Below are positions 1-9,698 of a stretch of 64,000 nt of DNA, in pieces; position 1 is the stretch's first letter; every line of letters starts with the position of its first letter. The position numbers and the translations under genes were made by a program. The stretch lies in the NCBI GenBank assembly GCA_032718475.1, contig JAUCBJ010009143.1:62001-126000 (forward strand), in the 5' to 3' direction. Origin of the DNA: Nemertoderma westbladi (taxonomy: Eukaryota; Animalia; Xenacoelomorpha). The notes under the pieces are model-generated. The model was not told the origin of the DNA. It ran no database searches and saw only the letters and a list, made by a program, of their open reading frames with translations.

Positions 1-88
1 TTTTTTAAAATTTTTAAATTTTCCAAAAATTTTGAAAATAAAATTTGTTTTGATACCCACCAGACAAAACTCAACGCAAATCACCACA
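1..88 (-). repeat. Start of the putative 3' LTR of element A
   Basis: Minus strand reads AGGAGCGGGGT|TGTGGTG: a purine-rich tract followed by TG about 70 nt after the pol stop. No second copy in the window to confirm it. Confidence 0.55.
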
Positions 89-99
89 ACCCCGCTCCT
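89..99 (-). promoter_or_regulatory. Polypurine tract (PPT) of element A
   Basis: AGGAGCGGGGT on the minus strand directly before TGT; resembles GGAGTGGGCG|TGT in element C. Confidence 0.55.
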
Positions 100-156
100 A
101 TGCATTTCCTTGTATTTGCATACGAGGAATGCATACGAAGTGAGTTGCGTCCAACA

Positions 157-3100
157 CTAATTCTGTTTTGAGGCAGGAGACAAATTATAATCTCCCATCT
201 CGATACGTGTCTCCTCTAATAACACAATATCTTGGACCGGTCGGTCCAAGGTGTGTAAACCATTAGTTTTACACTTTTTTGGGTGCGGACACTTGCACCT
301 AATTTTCACAGTGACTGTGCGCACTATGTTTTGCACGTCTGGGTGTGTATGCAAGATCACACCTGTCTCCCAATACTTTCTCTTGACAATCGGCTCGGTT
401 ATCAGTACGTAGTCTCCTCTTTGGAGACTCCGAACCGTTTTGTACCACTTTGTTCTGGTAGATATGGTGGGAAGATCGTATTCCCGCCAATATTCCCAGA
501 ATGTGTACGCCACAAATTGAGTCATTTTCCAGCTTTTACGACTATATAGGTCGGCACTAACGGGTTCTGATGCCGGCACAAGAAATGCTGGACTCTGCAT
601 TAGCAAATGATTCGGCGTTAATGCAACACCGTCTGGCAACATAGCTATCGGCCTCGAGTTTAGTGTATGCTCGATTTCAATGAAAGCTGTGACCAGTTCG
701 TCGTCGGTAAGTTGTTTGTTCACAGGCAATGTTTTGGCAATGGCCTGCTTTACAGAGCGAACTAAACGCTCCCAACTTCCTCCTCTCCAAGGACTTTCTG
801 GAGTATTAAATCTCCATTCTACTCGTTGCGGCAAAAGTGCTGCAGAAATTTCTTTATTCTGTGCCGCTTTATGAGCCGCGTTCAACTCGCAATTCCCTCC
901 GACAAAGTTTGTACCCTTATCGGAGTAGAACGCCTTTACTAGTCCTCCCCTGGCCATAAATCTCTTCAAGGCCAGGAGCAGAGATTTGGCCGACATGTCT
1001 GCCACACGCTCAATGTGTATGGCTCTACTAGCCATGCATGTCAGTAGCAGGCCCCATCGCTTGTGGGTCAGCCGTCCACTCTTTGCCTCAATCGGACCAA
1101 AACAATCCACCCCTGTGTTCGTAAAGGGTGGGTCATATGCCTGCACTCTCGCTTCCGGGAGTTCAGCCATCTCCTGTTCCAATACTCTGGCGTTCACTCT
1201 CTTGCAAACCAGACAGGCGTCATACATAGTGCCGACTGCCCTGCTTGGCTGCAATAGAATGAATCGCTGTCTCGCTGCCGACAAACAGTGTAACCTTCCC
1301 TCGTGATGCAACCTCTTGTGTATATCCCATAGAATCGCTCTTTGCAATTCTATTGGGTGACTAGGGATTATCACTGGGAACCTAAACTGTGAGTTTATGT
1401 CGACAGTCTGGATTCTCGATCTATGACAAATTAAACCCTTATGGATTAATGGACTCCATTTTCTAAGGGGTTTATAGAGAACTGGTCGTTGAGCCGATAA
1501 TAGATGGAATTCTTTAGGGAAGGCACACATTTGATAATGCTTCAAATGCTTTAATTCCGCTTGATCAATCTCATCCTCTGTCAGAGGTTGTTTCAATTTC
1601 TGAATTCGCTCACTATTGGTGCTCAATGGTTCTCTCAAATGTTTCGAATGTTTTAAACAAAGGTACAAAATGTATCGGCTTAACCACGCAGTTCTTTTAC
1701 AAATTGTCAGCCAAGAGGCAGACGAATTTAGTAATTTGTCATAAACACTACATGGTTCTAATGCCAGCGACGGTTGTCCGCTAATTAATGGAAGTTTCGA
1801 ATCCAAACCCGCAGGTTTGGGAACCAAAGGATCCATTGTGTCGGTCATTTTTTGTCCGTCACTTACCAACTGTGACTCTGGTTTAGTCTGTAAGGGTGGT
1901 TTTACGTCATAACTTACCCTTCCGGACCTAGTAGTCACGTAAGTCTGTTGGTCTGACAGGTCTCCGGGCCGCTCCAATGACTCTTCAGGCCGCTCCAATG
2001 ACTCTTCAGGCCGCTCCAATGACTTAAGTTTGGCTTTAGACTTCGACTTAGAGACTTTCTCCACCTTGACTTCTGCATCTTCAGGCATCGGATTGGTCAC
2101 TATCTTTAGTCGCTCTGGCCAATGTTCCTGTGTCCTTGTTAGAAAATCAGGTCCATGCAACCAAAACTCCTGCGACTCTTCCTGACAGAATTCCGCTGGC
2201 ATTGCACCTCTCGAAGTTATGTCGGCCGGGTTTAACACTCCCGGACAATGTCTCCATTGTTCCTTCGTCGAAAAGTCAACGATCTGAGCGCGTCTATTGG
2301 CCACAAATGTCTTTAGTGCAATATTGTCGGCCGCAATGTATACTAACACCAAGGATGCGTCCGTCCAATAGAATAAGGTCAATGTCGTGTCTAACTCCTC
2401 AATTATCTGCTTACTTACCTCGACTGAAACTACAGCCGCCTGTAACTCTGCACGAGGGACAGTCATGTATTTGACCGGCATTGTCTTTGATCTAGAAGTC
2501 ACAAAGGCCGTCTCAAACTTGTCCTGACTTACCTCTCGGCGAAGGTAGGCTACCATACCAAAGCCGGTGTCACTTGCGTCACTAAACATATGCAGTTCGA
2601 GATCAGCTGGAAATACCAGCTGATTCGGAAAGTAGGATCGGGGTACATCTATATTTTTCAATAGATGCAACTCGGCTTCCCACTCTCTCCACTGCTTTGC
2701 ATGTATAGGAGATATTGGTTCGTCCCACTCTAGGTCGGACAACCAAATTTTCCTCATGCACGCTCGTGCCTGTAATATAACCGGACTGATAAAGTTCATC
2801 GGGTCAAATAGTCTACTTAATGTCGATAAGCAAATCCTCTTTGTCAAAACTTTGTCTGGGCTACTGGGCTCAAATCTAACTCTTACCTGGAACTTATCTG
2901 AGTTCGGGTTCCAAGCGAGTCCCAGTACTCGCGCCATGGGGATTGGTTCTACCCCCAATTCAATGTCTCCGCTCCCGCGATCCTTTACCGGGAATGACTC
3001 TAACAGGGCCTCCGAGTTCGTAGTGAACTTGGTCAGAGGACATCCCCCTGTAGCCAAGCACTCTTGCAGGCCGTGAGCCACTTCTATGGCTTGTTCCGCC

Positions 3101-4208
3101 GTGTCCTTAGACACCAATCCGTCGTCCATTTAGAAGTTTCTCAATATAGACTCGATTACCTCTACTGGATACTTACCAATCTGGGCTGTTGCCGTTTTCT
3201 TTAGAACAAACAGCGTGCCGTTTGGACTATCGCGGGCACCAAATATCCTAACGTACATCTGGTATGTAACCACTGGGCCGGATAAGTCTTCATTCTCAAA
3301 CCAGAGAAATCGAAGGCTATCCTGGTCTGCCTTACAGGCTCTTACCTGGTGGAACATCGCCTCGATGTCACAAGTAAATGCGAATCGCCGCTGTCTAAAA
3401 CGCAACAGTATTCCAATCAAATAATTGTTCAGGTTGGGACCATCCATCAACTCTGAATTCAGGGACATACCTCTATAGACTGCTGCGCAGTCGTTGACTA
3501 CTCGGACTTTGTCTGGCTTGTCAGGGTGAGTCACATAGTGGTGTGGAAGGTAATAAGTCTGGTCTGTCACTAAGTCAGGGTCCTCTACCTTCCCAGCAAA
3601 TCCCTTGGCGAAATAGTTGTTGATCTGGGCGCAATACTTCTCCCTAATGTCCGGATTCTTCAACAACCGAGCCGTTACTCCGTTCAATCTTTTCAAGGCT
3701 AAGTTATAGTTGTTCTCCAACTTAGGTGGTTGTCGACGCCACAACATTCCAACTTCAAAATGTCCAGTCGGCAGCAGACGTATGGTATCTTCCATCATCT
3801 CCAGCGACCGTTTCTCATCAGTGGACATGGCTAGGTCATATCCACCGGGTTCCATTGCGTCCCTATCCAGCCATTCGACGGTTCTAGCTCCTGTCTCGAG
3901 GTCCTGGCGTATCAATTCCTTCTGTAGCTCCTCCTCACTGTATTGGAAAATGTCTAGGTCTCGATATTTAGCCACTTGACCCTCCACTATGTTGGTATAA
4001 GTCAAAACGTTACTCAGATAAGTAGCGTGGGCCGCTGAACCAGACCCATGGGTCTGATAACAGTAGTCCTCGGGTTCACTATCTGTCCGGTCGTTATGAA
4101 GTGGTTCCGACAACCTAACATTATCGGGAATCAACTCCTCGTCTGACTCGCTAAAGTCACTATAGTGGTCAATACAGGTTCTCCTAAACTCGTCTATGTC
4201 TGGTGGTT
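157..4208 (-). pseudogene. pol: Element A pol 3' part (RT, RNase H, integrase, DUF5641-like C-terminus) with a nonsense codon at 3130-3132
   Basis: ORFs 3130-4134 and 157-3129 are in frame, separated by TAA where copy A' has TAT (Y of RT YMDD). Motifs YLPHH, DIEAMFHQV, FSDAS, H-H-C-C zinc finger and DDE integrase. Confidence 0.93.
1966..2022 (-). repeat. 21-bp in-frame tandem repeat (LERPEES x about 2.7) in the RNaseH-IN linker of A
   Basis: ggccgctccaatgactcttca repeated; protein reads LERPEESLERPEESLERP. Confidence 0.85.
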
Positions 4209-4625
4209 ATATAATTTTCAATATAATTTCAAGATACCTCACAAACAATACAGATGCACCGCACCAAAAATTGTATGGAATAGTAATATAATTACTAAAC
4301 GTCATTGTTTATCAATCGCCATTGACTGGTGCCTACAATTTTAGGAGATTACTTAGACACAATAGCAAAGCTAGTGCTGTGCCTGGGTAACCTTTTACTA
4401 ACAAGTTGATTTGCGAGGGGGGGGGGGGGGGGGGTGGATTGGCGGTATGACACCAAAGAATTGGGTAACCATCTTATACACCTGAGAATGATAACTGTGG
4501 GAAGCCAACCCAGAGTACTCCCGCGAGGACCTTCTCACTGACCAGACTGCAGACTGTGAAATTGAGGGGAGTGGGAAAAAACGGTGGCATTCTAGAGTAA
4601 TGAGTAGGATAGTAATATAAGTTTC

Positions 4626-4915
4626 AGAGTTGATAATTGAGGTCGATATGTCAAAGTGGATAACTGTAACCGATGATACGCAGAGGGTATAATTCTAAAA
4701 GATGTGACAGACTGGATAATTGAAACCGATGAGTAAGAGTGGAAAAATTGTGACCAATATTTCAAGGTAGATAAATGCGACCGATGAGACAGAGTGGATG
4801 GATGAATCAGAGTGGATAAATATTTACCGATGTGTCATAGTCGATAATTGTAATCAATTTGACTGAGTGGTTAATTGTGACCAATAAGACATAGTGGATG
4901 ATGGTAACCGATTAT
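4626..4915 (-). repeat. Degenerate about 27-bp tandem repeat (about 10 copies) in the LINE 3' UTR
   Basis: Units such as atagtcgataattgtaatcaatttgac / tgagtggttaattgtgaccaataagac / atagtggatgatggtaaccgattatag on the + strand. Confidence 0.75.
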
Positions 4916-7900
4916 AGATCAAGTAAATGCCTTTTTAGTTGTTTGGCAAAGATTGATTTAACAACAATATTTCGAAGGTCATCAGACAGTGAATTCCATA
5001 GTAGGGGACCTTGAAAAGCAACAGATTGGTGGGCAACTTCAAGACGGACTGAAGGGAGATTAAAATGGCCAGATTTAGAAGAGCGAGTATTATATGAATG
5101 GATAGAAGCAGTTTTACGAAATAAATATGCCAGTGGGTGTTTAGGGTTACGGGATATATCGTACATTAGATTACAGATCTGGTGCTTATATAAAGCTTCA
5201 AGGGGTAAGATTTGTAGCTTACGGTAGATAGGAATTGAAGATGATCGGCGGTGGCTGAAAGATAAGCACCTAACTATTTTATTAATTTTAATTCGTAAAG
5301 GTTTTAAGATCGAAGTGTATGTACCCCCCCATACAACTAACCCGTAGTTTATGTAAGGATAGATAAGAGAAAAGAATAGGGTACGCATTATTTGGAGGGG
5401 GAGTAAATGTCTTAGTCTGAAAAAAATGCCACCGGATTTAGATATTTTATTGAGAACATACTGGACATGTTGGCGAAATGTTAGTTTACTGTCTATGTGT
5501 AGGCCTAAGTACTTGGAAACTGAAACTTGTTTAATTTGTTTGCCATCAATATGAATTGGGTTTAACTGTCTGAAGTTGCCGTGGAGATTGGAAAAAATTG
5601 TATATTCTGTTTTTTTGAGGTTTATTGTTAATTTATTATCATTTATCCACTTAGATACACTTGTCAGATTTGAGTTAACCGATAGAAACATATCGCTAAC
5701 CGATGCTGTTGTATGGCTAAGGCTGGTATCATCAGCGAATAAAGTGGTTCGAAGTTTACTGGAATTTGGTAGGTCGTTGATATATAGGAGGAATAGAAGT
5801 GGTCCTAAAATAGATCCTTGGGGAACTCCACAGGTGACCGGTTTGATGGAAGAGTGGATATTGGCTATGGAAACAAACTGGGAACGTTCAGATAGGTAAT
5901 CTGTAAGTAGAGAGTGAGGAGTCCCGCGGATACCGTACGAGCAAAGTTTCTTCAGAAGAATTCCTATGTCCAAAGAGTCGAAAGCTTTCTTTAGGTCTAT
6001 ATATACAACTGAAGTGGATTCTTTATTATCTAAGGCGGTACGAATATTTTCTACAATATTAAGAACAGCAAAAGTTGTCGTGAATTTTTTCCTAAACCCG
6101 AATTGATTTGGACAGATGACTGAGTAACGTTCAAGGTAAGAAACAATTTGATCATTAATCAGTTTTTCGTATAGTTTATTGAAAACAGAAAGCAATGAGA
6201 TCGGCCTATAGTTAGATGGGTTCAGAGGACAATCGCCCTTATATACGGGAATCACCTTTGCAACCTTAAGTAGACTGGGATAAAAGCCCTGGGTAAAACT
6301 AAGATTTATTAGAGTGGCCAAATGTAATGATAGGGGATATGCGCCAAATTTAAGTAATTTGATAGGAAAATTATCATTAGAGGCAGAATCTTCTTTGAGA
6401 TGTAAAATGTTATATTGAACCTCGACCGGGGATGTCTCAGTTAGTCCAAATGAATTCGATTTCTTATAACTGATATGACCAGTGGGACAGCGTGTGGAAC
6501 TAGGTACAGCAGCGGCCAAAGACGGACCGATGGTGGTGAAAAAGTTATTGAATTCGTTTACTATGTCGTTAGGATCTGTAAGAGTTACTTTATGATCAAT
6601 GGAGACTAGTTTTTTGGGATGTGAGAGATTTTTCCCGCGATGAAGAACAGAGTTTATAGTACGCCAGGTTTTTTTTATACTCGACTTATTTTTCTCGAAT
6701 TCTTTTGAATAATATTGTTTTTCAGCTGCACGGAGAAGTGAAGTAAGCAAGTTCCTATATTTTTTATATGCCGTAAGATTATACTCAGATGGGTTTGAAA
6801 CAGATTTTGTGTATAAATAGCCTTTCCGTTTAATAGCAGTCAGAAGTGATGCCGTAAGCCATGGTTTCTTAGGTAAATCTTTTTTTGTTATTATTTTGGT
6901 CGGGAGATTATGAGAACAAATATTTTGGAAATCCTTATAGAAGCAATTGAAGCGGTCTGTAGAGGGGACATTCAGACTCTTATAAGTCCACAAATCAGGA
7001 TTATTTAAGCTGTCAATGAAATTATTTTTATTAAACTGAGAGAAATCGTAACTAGTCTTGGAACTCTCAGGTTTAAAATAAGTGTTATAATCAGATAGCA
7101 AAATGAAAGTAGATAAATGGTCAGATGTGCCAATTTCATGGAGGAAAACACCATGGTGACACAAGGAAGATTTAATGTTTGTACTAATGTGATCGATTAG
7201 AGTACGAGAGAAGGGAGTTATTCTGGTTGGTTTGTCTATCAGCTGGGTGAAACCATTGGAGGACAAAGCAGCTAAATAATCCTGGGAATTAATGGTATTA
7301 GCATTATTCCCATATAGATCAATATTAATATCTCCTGTAACGATAACATCATAATTTTTGTCAGCCAAAGTATGCAGTGTTGAATCGAGGTTCGAGATAA
7401 AATTACTAGTGTCAACTTGTTGTGAACGGTAAATACAACCTACTATTAGCGGTTTATTGGAATGTGGATGATTGACCTGGATCCACTTATTTTCCGGTCC
7501 AATAATCTTAATGTCACTCCTCTCAGTGACATCCAATTCATTACGAACGTAAATCGCAGTGCCACCACGAGGTTTCATTGAATCCCGAAAATCACAGAAA
7601 GGAGAGGTATAACCAGCGAAGCTAAGTGGGCCCAGCTCAATATTATCGGTCAGAAAAGTTTCACTGAAAGTAATAATATCAAATCGCGACTCAAGAGTTT
7701 CAAAAAAGTTAGAAATTTCCGAGTAATTGGCAGGGAGGCTGCGGCAGTTTAAGTGAAACACAGACAATGGGTGGTCACAGGATTTGTACAAAGTATCAAA
7801 TTTATCGAAATTAAAATACTCATTTGTGGTTAGGTATGATGTAATATTACCGTCCGGGTTAATACTTTCAAAGTAATTGTTTACCTCGTCTACAGAGATG

Positions 7901-8232
7901 TTGTTATTAATATTATCCAGATTATCATAAAATATGTCTAAATCATTGTCAGGAATTCCAGAGAAGGGAAAGGTTTCATGTAAACAGTGAAAGCACCAAT
8001 AGATTTGATTAGATTCGAAATCTGAGGTTGGAATATGGGAGCCACATTGAAAATGAAAGGATAAACCACATAGTGGGCAGTGAAAGTGGGCCTCGCGGAG
8101 GCAAATACGGGTATAGCAAAACCCGCAGCCATCATCCACAAGAGATGGCAACTGACAGGGGTTGGCTAAAATGATAGTACAATTGACAGACTGTTTAATT
8201 TGTCTGGGAGAAAATGACGAGGCACTAACCAA
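4912..8232 (-). CDS. LINE ORF2: PHD-like zinc finger + APE endonuclease + reverse transcriptase
   Basis: 1106-codon open frame. N-terminal CxxC...CxxC...HxxC...WCxxC; APE motifs HLNCRSL, FSETFL, GDINID, DHI, SDH; RT motifs NYRPISLL, GVPQGSILGPLLFLLYINDL, LFADDT, YLGL. True start codon uncertain. Confidence 0.95.
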   Translation of the reverse strand: MVSASSFSPRQIKQSVNCTIILANPCQLPSLVDDGCGFCYTRICLREAHFHCPLCGLSFHFQCGSHIPTSDFESNQIYWCFHCLHETFPFSGIPDNDLDIFYDNLDNINNNISVDEVNNYFESINPDGNITSYLTTNEYFNFDKFDTLYKSCDHPLSVFHLNCRSLPANYSEISNFFETLESRFDIITFSETFLTDNIELGPLSFAGYTSPFCDFRDSMKPRGGTAIYVRNELDVTERSDIKIIGPENKWIQVNHPHSNKPLIVGCIYRSQQVDTSNFISNLDSTLHTLADKNYDVIVTGDINIDLYGNNANTINSQDYLAALSSNGFTQLIDKPTRITPFSRTLIDHISTNIKSSLCHHGVFLHEIGTSDHLSTFILLSDYNTYFKPESSKTSYDFSQFNKNNFIDSLNNPDLWTYKSLNVPSTDRFNCFYKDFQNICSHNLPTKIITKKDLPKKPWLTASLLTAIKRKGYLYTKSVSNPSEYNLTAYKKYRNLLTSLLRAAEKQYYSKEFEKNKSSIKKTWRTINSVLHRGKNLSHPKKLVSIDHKVTLTDPNDIVNEFNNFFTTIGPSLAAAVPSSTRCPTGHISYKKSNSFGLTETSPVEVQYNILHLKEDSASNDNFPIKLLKFGAYPLSLHLATLINLSFTQGFYPSLLKVAKVIPVYKGDCPLNPSNYRPISLLSVFNKLYEKLINDQIVSYLERYSVICPNQFGFRKKFTTTFAVLNIVENIRTALDNKESTSVVYIDLKKAFDSLDIGILLKKLCSYGIRGTPHSLLTDYLSERSQFVSIANIHSSIKPVTCGVPQGSILGPLLFLLYINDLPNSSKLRTTLFADDTSLSHTTASVSDMFLSVNSNLTSVSKWINDNKLTINLKKTEYTIFSNLHGNFRQLNPIHIDGKQIKQVSVSKYLGLHIDSKLTFRQHVQYVLNKISKSGGIFFRLRHLLPLQIMRTLFFSLIYPYINYGLVVWGGTYTSILKPLRIKINKIVRCLSFSHRRSSSIPIYRKLQILPLEALYKHQICNLMYDISRNPKHPLAYLFRKTASIHSYNTRSSKSGHFNLPSVRLEVAHQSVAFQGPLLWNSLSDDLRNIVVKSIFAKQLKRHLLDL

Positions 8233-9182
8233 GGCGAAGATAGTTTAAACGATAAAATGTAGTCAGTACAGTACTAACTGCACAGCATTATTAACTTCAA
8301 GCATCAATATATAATCTAATCTATGTACTCCAAGTACCAATGAATACATTTATTATGATTATTAATTAACATAATAAACATTGTATTTTATTGAACTTCA
8401 TAATTATTTATTTTATATGGTGTTCATAGTTTATTGTACCTAGTTAGATAAATTTTACTGTACATATGTGATACTACTTTTTACACTGTAGCTACGTAAC
8501 TGATATATTTCAAACTGTAAATTTAATTTTATTTCAAGTTTAATGTATCAATGTATTTATATACACGTGATTTATTGTAAACTACTGTACAGAGTTAGAC
8601 CATTTATGTTACCTAGGCAAGTCAATTATATTATATGACTTTAAACATGTATTATCCTGCCGTCCATTAATTTACTGATTTACACCAGATTTACATAAGA
8701 CAATGTAAAATAAATTACCGGTAAATTGTGATTTATTTATATTATGCACTATTGTGCAGTATGTATTTTTATGCACCATTTTCAAAACCATCAATTCAGA
8801 TCAATTCAAAACCATTTACGAAAGTAGGTGTATATGGATCATGTACACATATGAAAATCCCAGACTGTTAGACTTACTAGCTTAAGTACCGGTAGGGTAT
8901 ATAATTTAAATTTTAGTTATTACATTAAACTGATAATCATAGAACTTGAGCTATAATAATTATGTAATAAAAAGAAAAAAATTAATAAATTGGGAGCGTT
9001 TCCATCATTAAGCCTAAAAAAAAGAGTTTATATGTTTTCAAAGATAAGATTTCTAACCAGGAGATAAGTGACAAAGCCTGGAACCATATGGCTAATTAGT
9101 TACCGTAACACAAAAAAAAAAAACTGGTTGATTACCAGATAAACTAACCACATGAGTACATATCTTGCAATCTTGGTACATA

Positions 9183-9698
9183 TCACAGGTTATTGATGGG
9201 AGTGAAGAACCCTGAGTTAACCAGTGGAGCAGTGTCGCTACCGAGTGGGGCGGTGATTGTTGAGATCTGGGAGCCGTTCCCGGATTGATTTGGATCGGAG
9301 AGAGCTGGTGAGACAGAGCGGCCGCGACCAACACTCTGCCAAGGATGGCCACCAGGCTGGGAGCCTGAGGGAGTCGACAGCGGAATGGACACAGGAACAG
9401 CTCTACCTGAACCCTGAACCAACCGCTCCAACTCTGTTTTGTTATTTACCTTTTTAGTGCGACTGGAATCCGAAACTTTGATGAGGATGTTCCCGTTAAT
9501 CGTAAAGGCAGAATGGATTACATTGCGATTTTTTAGCTCCCGAGCCTCATTAAGAAGGTTGAACCGACGTGTGGTTAGATGCTCGGTAAGGTAAGCCGGA
9601 TTGTTTAACTTCTTCTTGTTCTTTAAAGCAAAAGTTGCCGCTCCATGTCCAAGGAATCGGATGATTAAGGGTCGAGAAACGGGAACTTTAGCAGAACG
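9183..9698 (-). CDS. LINE ORF1, C-terminal fragment (5'-truncated)
   Basis: Frame open from the insertion point: RSAKVPVSRPLIIRFLGHG...YLTEHLTTRRFNLLNEARELKNRNVIHSAFTINGNILIK..., matching the RPIIVRF/EDLT/W-x-x-G-x-I pattern of CR1/L2-type ORF1 C-termini. Continues into the listed ORF 9183-9431. Confidence 0.8.
   Translation of the reverse strand, partial: RSAKVPVSRPLIIRFLGHGAATFALKNKKKLNNPAYLTEHLTTRRFNLLNEARELKNRNVIHSAFTINGNILIKVSDSSRTKKVNNKTELERLVQGSGRAVPVSIPLSTPSGSQPGGHPWQSVGRGRSVSPALSDPNQSGNGSQISTITAPLGSDTAPLVNSGFFTPINNL

Larger units (their letters stand above)
4209..9698 (-). mobile_element. 5'-truncated non-LTR retrotransposon (CR1/L2-like LINE) inserted in element A
   Basis: Boundaries come from comparison with uninterrupted copy A' (CCGTTAGT-ag-AACCACC). 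Contains the ORF1 C-terminus, a spacer, ORF2 (APE+RT), and a 3' UTR ending in a short repeat tail TGAAATTATAT-TGAAAATTATAT. No target duplication. Confidence 0.93.

Noticed and set aside
3130-3132. Programmed stop-codon readthrough between ORFs 3130-4134 and 157-3129
   Set aside because: Copy A' has TAT here; it is a copy-specific nonsense mutation in YMDD.
4626-4915. Repeat-spacer (CRISPR-like) reading of the 27-bp array
   Set aside because: Variation is spread along the whole unit; it is a degenerate tandem repeat.
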